This document shows, piece by piece, positions 10,590 through 19,593 of a DNA stretch of 64,000 nucleotides. How positions within the stretch are numbered: the first letter of the stretch is position 1; every line of letters starts with the position of its first letter. Source of the DNA: Inconstantimicrobium porci (lineage in GTDB: Bacteria > Bacillota > Clostridia > Clostridiales > Clostridiaceae); the NCBI RefSeq assembly GCF_009696465.1, contig NZ_VULX01000009.1:37537-101536 (forward strand), given 5' to 3'. The translations under genes and the position numbers were made by a program. The notes beneath the pieces were generated by a model that saw only the letters and a list, made by a program, of their open reading frames with translations, did not search any database and was not told where the DNA came from.

Positions 10590-11903
10590 TTATTTATTGT
10601 TGTGATAATTATAAATATAAAACGGAATTCCTATAAGCATTAATATAAATCCCCACATTACAGTTTCTGCCCCGGAACCATAAATTGCCCATATTGTATA
10701 GCAGAATGCAAGAAGTGGAACAAATGCTTTTTTCACAAAAATCTTAAAATTAAAATGTTTTTCTTCTCTAAACATTATCATTATTTCTGCTGATATAGCT
10801 AATAAATAAACTGGAAGAAATGATAATGTTGCAAGAATCGTCATAAATGTAAAAGCTGAAACCATGCTTTTCTGATAATTCATAACAAGAAGTATATTCA
10901 TAAGGAGAGATCCTATCACAAGGGAACTTATAGGTGTCCCATACTTACTGCTTATTTTGCCAAAAAATTTAGGGAATACACCATCTTCTCCTGCTGCATA
11001 TGATATTCTGGCAGTTGATAAAAGCCATCCAATCATAGTTCCTGTAAGACATATAATTACTGATACTATGAATATGCTTCCAATTGATTTTCCAAGTATA
11101 TTTGTAAGTATATCAGTCATTGGTGCAGTACTCTGTGCTAAATCAGAATTAGACATAGTTCCCATGCTGCTAATGCTTATAAGAAGATAAATTGCTGCTG
11201 AAATTATAAGTCCATAGATTGTACTCTTCTTAACATTCTTTTCGGGATTTTTTATTTCCCCTGCAGTAACAGTAGCACTTTCAAGACCAATAAATGCCCA
11301 TAAAGTTGTCGTTGCTGCTAACGGAACTGTACCTAACCCCTTTCCTTCAGGCATCAATGGCATAAAGTTAGCTTTTTCAAAATTCAACAGTGCCGCTATT
11401 ATAAAAACTGAGAAAAATACTATCTTGAACACTGTAGTTAATGCCTGAATTTTTCCTGCCTGTTTCACACCGATAATGTTAAGTATTGTAAATAACCAAA
11501 GTACAGCACTAGAAACAATAACTGCTATTGTAGGATTGTTCAAAGCTGGAAATAATCCTACACTGTAACTTACAAGCGTAACCATTATTGCTGCATTGCC
11601 AATCCATGATCCATTCCAATAAAGCCAGGCACTTAAAAAACCTGCAAAATCCCCAAAGGCTTCTTTCGTATATTGATAAGCGCCTCCAGTTGCTGTATAT
11701 CTTGTACTTAAGTTAGCAAAAGATATAGCAATTAATATTGAACCAGCTGTTGTTAATATCCATGCTATTATGGTCGCAAGAGGCCCAGATACCTGAGCAA
11801 GCGTTGATGGAAGCATAAATATTCCTGAACCAATCATGTTACCACACACAAGCATAGTAGCCATGAACAAGCTCATTTCCTTCTTTAGTGACTTGTTTTC
11901 CAT
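10590..11903 (-). CDS. APC-family amino acid permease
   Basis: 437 aa with 12 predicted TM segments. The N-terminal block MATMLVCGNMIGSGIFMLPS is characteristic of APC amino-acid/polyamine transporters. Confidence 0.8.
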   Translation of the reverse strand: MENKSLKKEMSLFMATMLVCGNMIGSGIFMLPSTLAQVSGPLATIIAWILTTAGSILIAISFANLSTRYTATGGAYQYTKEAFGDFAGFLSAWLYWNGSWIGNAAIMVTLVSYSVGLFPALNNPTIAVIVSSAVLWLFTILNIIGVKQAGKIQALTTVFKIVFFSVFIIAALLNFEKANFMPLMPEGKGLGTVPLAATTTLWAFIGLESATVTAGEIKNPEKNVKKSTIYGLIISAAIYLLISISSMGTMSNSDLAQSTAPMTDILTNILGKSIGSIFIVSVIICLTGTMIGWLLSTARISYAAGEDGVFPKFFGKISSKYGTPISSLVIGSLLMNILLVMNYQKSMVSAFTFMTILATLSFLPVYLLAISAEIMIMFREEKHFNFKIFVKKAFVPLLAFCYTIWAIYGSGAETVMWGFILMLIGIPFYIYNYHNNK

Positions 11904-11924
11904 GTTTTCCTCCTAAGTAAAAAA

Positions 11925-12002
11925 GGTTTGCAAGACATATTCCGAAGCCTCCGTCGTTCCCTGCGGTCTCTCCAAGTCGTTTCTTCATATGTCTTGCAAA
12001 CC
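11925..12002. repeat. Family-2 stem/core repeat, copy A (16-bp perfect stem around the TCCGAAGCCTCCGTCG...CTCCAAGTCG core). On the minus strand it reads as a terminator-like hairpin plus U6, 20 nt before the permease RBS
   Basis: ggtttgcaagacatat ... atatgtcttgcaaacc. Homologous copies are at 13789, 25868 and 51380. Confidence 0.7.
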
Positions 12003-12055
12003 TCAGATTACTAAAGGATGAAATTGCCTTATACCATTTTTTGTATTAACTTGTA

Positions 12056-12104
12056 AATCCTTTGTTTTCAAAGCTTTACAGCATTAAAATTGTTTATTGC
12101 AATT
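12056..12104. repeat. Family-3 'D-module' repeat (TCCTTTGTTTTCAA.GCTTTACAGCATTAAAATT...CAATGCAATT), copy 1
   Basis: Near-identical modules are at 13916-13970 and 52814-52868. Confidence 0.65.
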
Positions 12105-12220
12105 TTATATATTAACATAAATTCAATACTTTTTGTATTCTTATTTAGTATAACCGGCATTATAATGCATAATTCATAGCTCATAGTGCATAATTTATGC
12201 GTTATGCATTGAATAAAAAT

Positions 12221-12246
12221 ATCGCCGTGAATTTAATCACGGCGAT
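12221..12246. terminator. Bidirectional terminator after the 76-aa gene
   Basis: Hairpin atcgccgtga-attta-atcacggcgat flanked by A- and T-runs. Confidence 0.55.
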
Positions 12247-12255
12247 ATTTTTATC

Positions 12256-12486
12256 CTAGCTGTTTAACAGGGCAAAGATTTGTCCTACTATTGCTTTTGC
12301 TTGATCTGGCAATCTTTCTATAGCCCTTTGACGTTTTCTTTCATCATTTATGGAGGCTATTCTCATTACTTCCTGCTTAAGGCCAGGAATACTTTCAAGT
12401 TGGCTAATGAGGTTATTAAACTGTCTTGCAAATACAGGATTCTGCATTTTACTTTGTATAAGATTAACAAGTTCAAACGGATTCAT
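12256..12486 (-). CDS. Hypothetical small protein (76 aa)
   Basis: Clean ORF with its own terminator. No family was recognised from the sequence. Confidence 0.45.
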   Translation of the reverse strand: MNPFELVNLIQSKMQNPVFARQFNNLISQLESIPGLKQEVMRIASINDERKRQRAIERLPDQAKAIVGQIFALLNS

Positions 12487-12553
12487 ATCATTACTCCTGC
12501 ATAGGTTTTTTCTACTAATATTAATATTCTATTCTCATCAAAGTGTGCTAATT

Positions 12554-13693
12554 TTATAGTGAAATCTTTTTATCTTTAAGCTTTTTCTTAATAACTTCAG
12601 ATAGCAGAGTATACATAATACTTACAAGTGGAATTCCGATAAGTATACCAAGTATTCCAAACGCACTTCCTCCAATAACCGTTGCAAGCATAACCCATAT
12701 GCCGGAAAGTCCTATAGTTCCTCCTACCACAGTTGGATATATAAAATGCCCTTCAAGCTGCTGAATAATAACTATAATTACTAAAAACCAGAATGATTTT
12801 ATTGGACTTATAGTAAATAATATAAACACTCCTGGAATAGTTCCAATTATTGCCCCAAAGATAGGAATCAATGCAGTAACTCCTATTATTACACTTATAA
12901 GTGCTGCATAAGGCATTTTAAATACAATCATAGCAATAAATACAAGCACCCCAATGATTATAGCTTCAGTACACTGCCCTTCAATAAACTTTGAGAATTT
13001 TTCATTAGCTATATGGACTACTTTTATTATCAAATTAACTTTTTCCTTTTTAAAGAAAGCATACATAAATTTTTTTATATTCAATATGAGTTTTTCTTTG
13101 TCCCAAAGCATGTAGATTGCAAGAATGAATGCAATAAAGAAATTAACTATAATAGATGTAACAGACATTGTTATATCTACTACCTGCGAAAAAAACTGAG
13201 TCGTTATCTTTCCCGCAGCTATAGCAATATCCTTCCACATATTCATAACCTGCTCTACAACCTCAGTAATTATAGTACTATTCTTAAAATCATTATCTAC
13301 CATACCTTCAATTGATTTTAAACTTTCCGGAATGTTTTTCACCAAATTAATGATACTGTTTTTAAGCTGAGGAATCACAAAAATCATTATCAGGACAATA
13401 ATTCCTACAATAGATACAAGAGTCATTACTATAGATATTGGTCTTTTTAATTTTTTATATTTTCCCTTCTTATATGTATCAAGTGAATTTAAAAGTTTAG
13501 CTTCATAAAATTTCATAGGTATATTGAGTATAAATGCTATTGCAACAGCAATAAAAAACGGACTTATTATATTAAATATATATGATACACCTAATTTTAC
13601 GCTCTTAAAATTAAATAACAAAAAAACTAATAGTATCACATATGTAGAAATTATAAATCCTGTTTTTAAATTGTCACTTTCTCTTTTATTCAT
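12554..13693 (-). CDS. AI-2E family transporter (UPF0118, YtvI/PerM-like)
   Basis: 379 aa, about 8 TM segments, with the organisation typical of AI-2E family permeases. Confidence 0.65.
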   Translation of the reverse strand: MNKRESDNLKTGFIISTYVILLVFLLFNFKSVKLGVSYIFNIISPFFIAVAIAFILNIPMKFYEAKLLNSLDTYKKGKYKKLKRPISIVMTLVSIVGIIVLIMIFVIPQLKNSIINLVKNIPESLKSIEGMVDNDFKNSTIITEVVEQVMNMWKDIAIAAGKITTQFFSQVVDITMSVTSIIVNFFIAFILAIYMLWDKEKLILNIKKFMYAFFKKEKVNLIIKVVHIANEKFSKFIEGQCTEAIIIGVLVFIAMIVFKMPYAALISVIIGVTALIPIFGAIIGTIPGVFILFTISPIKSFWFLVIIVIIQQLEGHFIYPTVVGGTIGLSGIWVMLATVIGGSAFGILGILIGIPLVSIMYTLLSEVIKKKLKDKKISL

Positions 13694-13788
13694 AAAAACC
13701 GCCTACAATCCTTAATGTTGAGATAATGTATAATGTATAGAGTATAATGTATAATTTCGGATTAAACTCCCCGTGTGGGAGTTTATAA

Positions 13789-13858
13789 AAAAGGATGAAA
13801 GACATATTTCGAATCCTCCGTCGACACGCTCCAAGTCCTTTCTTTATATGTCTTTCAC
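13789..13858. repeat. Family-2 stem/core repeat, copy B (stem ggatgaaagacatat/atatgtctttcacccc). On the minus strand it is terminator-like plus U6, followed by the H1 hairpin (13760-13782) and then the transporter start
   Basis: The core TTCGAATCCTCCGTCGACACGCTCCAAGTC is nearly identical to copies C and D. Confidence 0.7.
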
Positions 13859-13915
13859 CCCTTGATGACTAAAGGACAAAATTGCATTCTTCCATCCTCT
13901 TACACAAGCGTGCAA

Positions 13916-13970
13916 CCCCTTTAGTTTCAACGGTTTACATCATTAAAATTTCACCATTTACAATGCAATT
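13916..13970. repeat. Family-3 D-module repeat, copy 2
   Basis: cccctttagtttcaacggtttacatcattaaaatttcaccatttacaatgcaatt. Compare 12056 and 52814. Confidence 0.6.
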
Positions 13971-14239
13971 TCCTAGACATTAAAAAGAGAGCTTTGCCCT
14001 CTTTAAATCTCCTAATTTAATAATTGTGGTGGGTTGAAGGTATTGCCTCCATTAAAATTAAGAAATTAGTTAGCTCAGCGCAGCTAATTTTATCATGAAT
14101 TATACAATATAAATTCTACATTACTTATGAGTTTATTTTGTATTAAAAACAGGTATTTTATTAATTATATTACCTTGATAAATAATTATAATTTATGATA
14201 CATTCTTAGTAGCAAATTTTATATTAAGGAGAATAATCT

Positions 14240-15796
14240 ATGAGTATTTTAACGGTTAAAAATTTGAGTCACGGATTTGGAGATAGAGCAATATTTGAAG
14301 ATGTGTCTTTCAGACTTTTAAAAGGTGAACATATTGGTCTAATAGGTGCCAACGGTGAAGGAAAATCTACGTTTATGAATATAATAACTGGGCACCTTGA
14401 ACCAGACGAAGGCTCTGTAATATGGAGCAACAGAGTAAGAGTTGGCTATATGGATCAGCACGCTCAGCTTGAAAAAGGAATGACTATACGAGAAGTATTA
14501 CGTAGTGCTTTCAAGTATCTTTTTGACCTTGAAGAAGAAATGAATGAAATATACGGCAGAATGGGCGAAATGGACGAAGATGAAATGAACAAGGCCCTTG
14601 AAAAAACTGCTGTAATTCAAGACATGCTTGATCATAACGGATTTTACATAATAGACATCAAAATAGATGAAGTAGCTAAGGGTCTTGGTCTTCTTGATGT
14701 AGGTCTTGACAGAGATGTTACAGAACTTAGTGGTGGACAGAGAACTAAGGTACTTCTTGCAAAACTTCTTCTTGAAACTCCAGATATACTTCTTCTTGAT
14801 GAGCCTACAAACTATTTAGACGAAGAACATATTGAATGGTTAAAGAGATATCTTCAAGCTTACGAAAATGCTTTTATCCTTATCTCTCATGATATACCAT
14901 TCCTAAACAGCGTAATTAACCTAATTTATCACATGGAAAACAGAAAGCTTACAAGATATGTAGGTGACTATGATAACTTTAAGAGAATTCATGAAGAAAA
15001 CAAGAAACAGCTTGAAGCTGCTTATGAAAGACAGCAGGCTGAAATTGCCAACCTTAAAGACTTTGTTGCAAGGAACAAGGCAAGAGTTGCAACAAGTGGT
15101 ATGGCTAAAGCAAGACAAAAGAAGCTTGATAAAATGGAAATAATTGAACTTGCTGCTGAAAAGCCAAAGCCAGAATTCAACTTTAAGTATGGCAAAACTT
15201 CAGGAAAGACAATATTTGAAACTAAAGATTTAGTAATTGGATATAATGAACCACTTACAAAGCCTCTTAACCTTCATATGGAAAGAGGTCAGAAAATAGC
15301 CCTTGTTGGTGCTAACGGTCTTGGAAAGACTACTCTTTTAAAAAGCCTTATGGGAATTATCAAGCCTTTAAGTGGTGAAGTTACTTTGGGAGATTACCAG
15401 CAGCTTGGCTACTTTGAGCAGGAAATCAAAGAAGCAAACTACAATACATGTATTGAAGAAGTATGGGAAGCATTCCCTTCAATGACTCAGTATGAAGTAA
15501 GATCAGCTCTTGCTAAATGTGGACTTACAACTAAGCATATAGAAAGTAAGGTATGCGTACTTAGTGGTGGAGAGCAGGCAAAGGTTAGATTATGTAAATT
15601 AATTAACGCAGAATCTAATATCTTAATCCTAGATGAACCTACAAACCACCTTGATGTGGAAGCTAAAGATGAACTTAAAAGAGCTTTAAAAGAATATAAA
15701 GGCAGCATACTTATTGTATGCCATGAACCTGAATTCTATAGAGATGTTGTAACAGACATATGGAATTGCGAAGACTGGACTACAAAAATCATCTAG
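14240..15796 (+). CDS. ABC-F family ATPase (tandem ABC domains, no TM domain)
   Basis: 518 aa with two Walker A sites (GANGEGKST, GANGLGKTT) and two LSGG signatures separated by a charged linker. Confidence 0.8.
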   Translation: MSILTVKNLSHGFGDRAIFEDVSFRLLKGEHIGLIGANGEGKSTFMNIITGHLEPDEGSVIWSNRVRVGYMDQHAQLEKGMTIREVLRSAFKYLFDLEEEMNEIYGRMGEMDEDEMNKALEKTAVIQDMLDHNGFYIIDIKIDEVAKGLGLLDVGLDRDVTELSGGQRTKVLLAKLLLETPDILLLDEPTNYLDEEHIEWLKRYLQAYENAFILISHDIPFLNSVINLIYHMENRKLTRYVGDYDNFKRIHEENKKQLEAAYERQQAEIANLKDFVARNKARVATSGMAKARQKKLDKMEIIELAAEKPKPEFNFKYGKTSGKTIFETKDLVIGYNEPLTKPLNLHMERGQKIALVGANGLGKTTLLKSLMGIIKPLSGEVTLGDYQQLGYFEQEIKEANYNTCIEEVWEAFPSMTQYEVRSALAKCGLTTKHIESKVCVLSGGEQAKVRLCKLINAESNILILDEPTNHLDVEAKDELKRALKEYKGSILIVCHEPEFYRDVVTDIWNCEDWTTKII

Positions 15797-15818
15797 TTAG
15801 TATATAAAAATCATAAGA

Positions 15819-15853
15819 AAAACTGCTACAGCAATCAAAACTGTAGCAGTTTT
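15819..15853 (+). terminator. Terminator of the ABC-F gene
   Basis: aaactgctacagc...gctgtagcagttttt hairpin plus a T-run. A second convergent hairpin (15874-15904) serves the minus-strand operon. Confidence 0.55.
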
Positions 15854-15915
15854 TATAAGATTATTAAATTGCAAAAGCTCCAAGTATAAAACACTTGGAG
15901 CTTTAGTCTTAAACA

Positions 15916-17193
15916 TTATAAACTCAATACAGCATTAATAGCCTTATCCAGCATTCCGCTTTCTTTCATATCATTTAATACGCCAAATTTTTTCTTTAAA
16001 TTCTTTTCGAGATTCTCAATATATTTTATAGTAAACGGTAAATACTCTTCGTTTTTCTTAACATACTCTTTTGTAAAATAGCTTTTACTCAATGCCATTG
16101 AAAATAAAATAAGCATTATACAGTTATCTTTAATAAGTTTCTTTATTCTATCCACATATTCAGGATTATCCACATTTCTCTTGAAGTTATCCACTGTTTC
16201 TATTGTGAAATTCATAAGTTTGTTGATAATTATATCTAGTTTATAATTATCAGCAAGCTGAGACATTATTGTGATATGTTTATTTTTAATATCTTCTTTT
16301 ACATCCTGAATATCATCTGCTATCTGAAGAAGAACTCCATAACCAATACAAAATTCAATTTCTGATTCTGTAAGATAGCCATCTACAAGATAACCATCTA
16401 CAAGCACTGAAGATCCACCCTTTTTCACAGATATACCTAATATATCTCTTTCATAAGGTATTGACTCTTTGTCCTGCTGGCTTAGGCTGAGGATCTGACC
16501 CTGCTGAATCTGCAGTAGTGATTCATACACCTCGCTGAATTCATTTCTTGCATATTCATCCTCTATATTCGCTACAAGCGCAAAAACTTTAGCTTCATAT
16601 TCATAAAGTGGAAATAAATTATCTCCTTTAAGCCTCTGTGTAAGTCGTTCATTAAATTGTTTTTTCTCTTCTAATGATATTTTAACATCATCAATTAAAT
16701 TATCAGTATACGGATAAAGCATACTGTATGAGAAGATAGAATTCGTAAGGCATACATCTTCACCCTTTAATGACTGAATCATATTGATGATCCATACATT
16801 TCTCATGGCCTGCCCTATATCTGACAAAGACATATCTTTATCAAATTCTCTTGCCTTTTTAAAAAATTGTCTTGTTACTTTAAAACATTCTTCTTTAAGT
16901 TTATCAGGTAAATCAAGCGAAAATATATAGTCCTTCTTTAATATATTTTCAATAATCTCATGAAACTTCTCTGCCCATATCTTTCCCGCTTCTTCATAAT
17001 TCTGCGGAAAACTTTTTATATGGTCAATAAGCTTATCAACACACTTATCAAGACGCATTTCCTTTGCCTTTTTTTGAAGATAATTTACCTTCGTACACTC
17101 TAATTCTATACTGCTTTTTGAAGACCACCACTTTTCTTCCGTAAGCTTATACTGATAGTCTATATATTTTTTAAAGTCCATATTTATCTCCAA
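15916..17193 (-). CDS. Hypothetical cytosolic protein (425 aa) with aspartate-rich motifs (DNLIDD; G..LLQIADDIQD). It may have a class I isoprenoid-synthase-like fold
   Basis: Last gene of the MoxR...ABC cluster. Motifs G-x-x-(F/L)-Q-x-x-DD-x-x-D and D-x-x-x-DD were seen directly. The fold assignment is speculative. Confidence 0.3.
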   Translation of the reverse strand: MEINMDFKKYIDYQYKLTEEKWWSSKSSIELECTKVNYLQKKAKEMRLDKCVDKLIDHIKSFPQNYEEAGKIWAEKFHEIIENILKKDYIFSLDLPDKLKEECFKVTRQFFKKAREFDKDMSLSDIGQAMRNVWIINMIQSLKGEDVCLTNSIFSYSMLYPYTDNLIDDVKISLEEKKQFNERLTQRLKGDNLFPLYEYEAKVFALVANIEDEYARNEFSEVYESLLQIQQGQILSLSQQDKESIPYERDILGISVKKGGSSVLVDGYLVDGYLTESEIEFCIGYGVLLQIADDIQDVKEDIKNKHITIMSQLADNYKLDIIINKLMNFTIETVDNFKRNVDNPEYVDRIKKLIKDNCIMLILFSMALSKSYFTKEYVKKNEEYLPFTIKYIENLEKNLKKKFGVLNDMKESGMLDKAINAVLSL

Positions 17194-17230
17194 CTTAAAT
17201 TTATTAATTTCCCTATTATCGATATATGAT

Positions 17231-18826
17231 TTATTTTCTCAATTTAAATGTCTTAGGTGCAAATATATATACACCTGCAAGTGCTGCTATTACATAAATA
17301 AATGTTACTGCAATTACTCCAAGAGTGAAATAAATTGATGAAGTCTTTACCTGCATACAGCCATAACTTACAAAGTACATTGAACCATTGACTATGCTGA
17401 ATGTCGGGCTCTTTACATCCATTTTTTCTGTATAAGGCTGAAGCACATAATACATGAAAAGATAATGAACAGAAAAGAATACTGATAAAAACATGATACC
17501 AAGACAGTTAGGCAGTACAGCTTTTACTGCATAAATATCACCTTTGCTTATCATATAAATAATCATCAGCAGTATACAGATAACTGCTCCTGGAATAAGA
17601 TTAAGTGTTAATATCTTTTTAAGTCTAACACTGAAATTTGATAATATAACTCCTGGCTGCTTATAGTAACCATATTTTAAAAGACTCTTATCACAGTTAA
17701 AGAACATAGCTCTGCACACTTTTTCTGTAACAGAGACAATATACATGATAAAAACAAAATAAGGCATTGATTTTAAAATAGTATCTGCCATATTATTTTT
17801 TATGTTTGGGAAGAAGATTACTGCTCCTATCCCTAAAATACCTACACCAAGTATAATAAAAGTTCTAATCTTAACAGCATTTTTCATTATTCTTTTATGA
17901 CGTACAAAGAATATGGAATTCAGATAATCATAGCCTGTCTTATTGTTGAATCTGCTGCTGTCCAGATCCTCAAGTGTTAATTCGGCTATATCTGCAGTCT
18001 TTGAATCTTCCATCATTGTCTCTATTTCCATGACCTTCTGAATTGTCAGGTATTTCTTTGCCACAACTTTATATTTTTTATATCCTGCCAGATATATTAA
18101 TGATGCTGCGCCTAAAACAATTGAAACCACAGCAAAAATAGGATTAAGAACATAAAGTCCTCTATTTATATTTATACTTAAAAATGGTAGTCCATATGCT
18201 GCCGCTAAGCATGAAATCCATAATACAGCATGAAAATAATTGTTATCGCAAAGCTGCATTGACTTTTTATCATAAAGATATAAATACAACGCTTCAACAA
18301 TAAACCTGAACGCTCCAAGCTCAACAAGCATCAGTAATGAATCAAGGATACTGCCTGTTACTATGCTTATTATAGGAAGGAAAAACACAACCTGTGATAC
18401 TGCTCTGTAGATAATCTGAGAAAGATAATATTTCTGAGGGTTTGTCCTTAAAAGAATTATCATGTTAAATGCACTTTTATCACTCTTCATTGCTATAGGT
18501 CGTGAAAAAGAACCAATTATAAATGACAGCATGAAGAATATAAAAATCTGTGTATCTATGCTATCAATGTGTATACCGGCTTTCTTCGTAATAAACATAC
18601 ATGGAAGTATACATATCAAACCAACATATGCTGATTTCTTTAAAAAATCAAATAATATGCTGAAAATAAAAGCAATTATTCCTATAATCTGCTTTGCACC
18701 ACTATGGGCATAAAGGCTGTCTGGAATCTTCTTTCCTATGAATGGTATACGCTTTAGAAAGTATATTGCTGTATTGGCTCCTTCTGCAAAACTATACTTT
18801 AATGTATTAAGAAACACTGCTGACAT
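17231..18826 (-). CDS. Large polytopic ABC exporter permease (putative-ABC-exporter type)
   Basis: 531 aa with at least 10 TM segments. It overlaps the upstream ABC ATPase gene by 20 nt. Confidence 0.55.
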   Translation of the reverse strand: MSAVFLNTLKYSFAEGANTAIYFLKRIPFIGKKIPDSLYAHSGAKQIIGIIAFIFSILFDFLKKSAYVGLICILPCMFITKKAGIHIDSIDTQIFIFFMLSFIIGSFSRPIAMKSDKSAFNMIILLRTNPQKYYLSQIIYRAVSQVVFFLPIISIVTGSILDSLLMLVELGAFRFIVEALYLYLYDKKSMQLCDNNYFHAVLWISCLAAAYGLPFLSININRGLYVLNPIFAVVSIVLGAASLIYLAGYKKYKVVAKKYLTIQKVMEIETMMEDSKTADIAELTLEDLDSSRFNNKTGYDYLNSIFFVRHKRIMKNAVKIRTFIILGVGILGIGAVIFFPNIKNNMADTILKSMPYFVFIMYIVSVTEKVCRAMFFNCDKSLLKYGYYKQPGVILSNFSVRLKKILTLNLIPGAVICILLMIIYMISKGDIYAVKAVLPNCLGIMFLSVFFSVHYLFMYYVLQPYTEKMDVKSPTFSIVNGSMYFVSYGCMQVKTSSIYFTLGVIAVTFIYVIAALAGVYIFAPKTFKLRK

Positions 18827-19526
18827 CGCTATCCTCCTTCAATATGTCCATTATCTTTTCTTCAAAGTCTGGACTCTTAAGAAGCTCTTCATCAACAAGT
18901 TCAAGCTGTCCATTATTTAATACAACTATATCATCACAAAGATCAGTAGCCAGCTCTAGTATATGAGTTGAAAATATCAATATATGATCACTTTTTATCT
19001 TCTTCAATAATTGTTTTATCTCATACGCAACAACAACATCAAAAGATGTAAGGGGCTCATCCAGAAGGATAACTGGTGGCTTAGTAATCAAAAAGCATAC
19101 CATCTGAATTTTATTCTTCATACCAAATGAATAATCTTTAATGAGCCTATACCTATCTTCCTTTTCTATTTTAATTATGTCAAAATACTCATCAATAGAT
19201 AATAGATTTTGTATATTATCCTTGTTTACATCAATATAAAATTTCAGGAACTCATATCCTGTAAGAAACTCAGGAAGAACAGGCTGCGCAAATGCATATC
19301 CTATGCTTGAATAGTTCATTATATCATTTCCCGTTTCATCAACAAGCTCTACAGTTCCTGAGTCCTGCTTATCATCTTCACTTATGCAGTTAAAAAGAGT
19401 TGTCTTTCCTGAACCATTCCTCCCTAAAAGTCCATATATACGTCCTTTTTCAAAAGTAAAAGATGCTTTCTTTAGTACTTGCTTGTCCCCAAAGCTTTTT
19501 TCAATATCCTTTAAAATTAATTCCAT
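18807..19526 (-). CDS. ABC transporter ATP-binding protein
   Basis: 239 aa with Walker A GRNGSGKTT and Walker B ILLDEP. Confidence 0.8.
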   Translation of the reverse strand: MELILKDIEKSFGDKQVLKKASFTFEKGRIYGLLGRNGSGKTTLFNCISEDDKQDSGTVELVDETGNDIMNYSSIGYAFAQPVLPEFLTGYEFLKFYIDVNKDNIQNLLSIDEYFDIIKIEKEDRYRLIKDYSFGMKNKIQMVCFLITKPPVILLDEPLTSFDVVVAYEIKQLLKKIKSDHILIFSTHILELATDLCDDIVVLNNGQLELVDEELLKSPDFEEKIMDILKEDSDVSSVS

Positions 19527-19593
19527 AAAGGCCCCCTAATTATATTAAAATTTGTGCATGAAAAATATTAGTTTTTACTTAAACTATCATATT

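Noticed and set aside
11941-11985. Possible glycine riboswitch, or the T-arm of a tRNA, inside the stem/core element (GGAGAGACC on the minus strand; TTCGAATCC on the plus strand)
   Set aside because: The core is only about 45 nt inside one uninterrupted stem. It is far too short for the tandem glycine aptamers. Copy B lacks the ACC and GGAGAG residues. TTCGAATCC is not followed by a T-stem, acceptor stem or CCA at the right spacing, and no cloverleaf can be drawn.
14240-15796. Antibiotic-resistance (ARE) ABC-F such as Vga, Lsa or Sal
   Set aside because: The inter-domain linker (about 60 aa) is not obviously extended as it is in ARE ABC-Fs, and there is no mobile-element context. It cannot be distinguished from a housekeeping ABC-F without a phylogeny.
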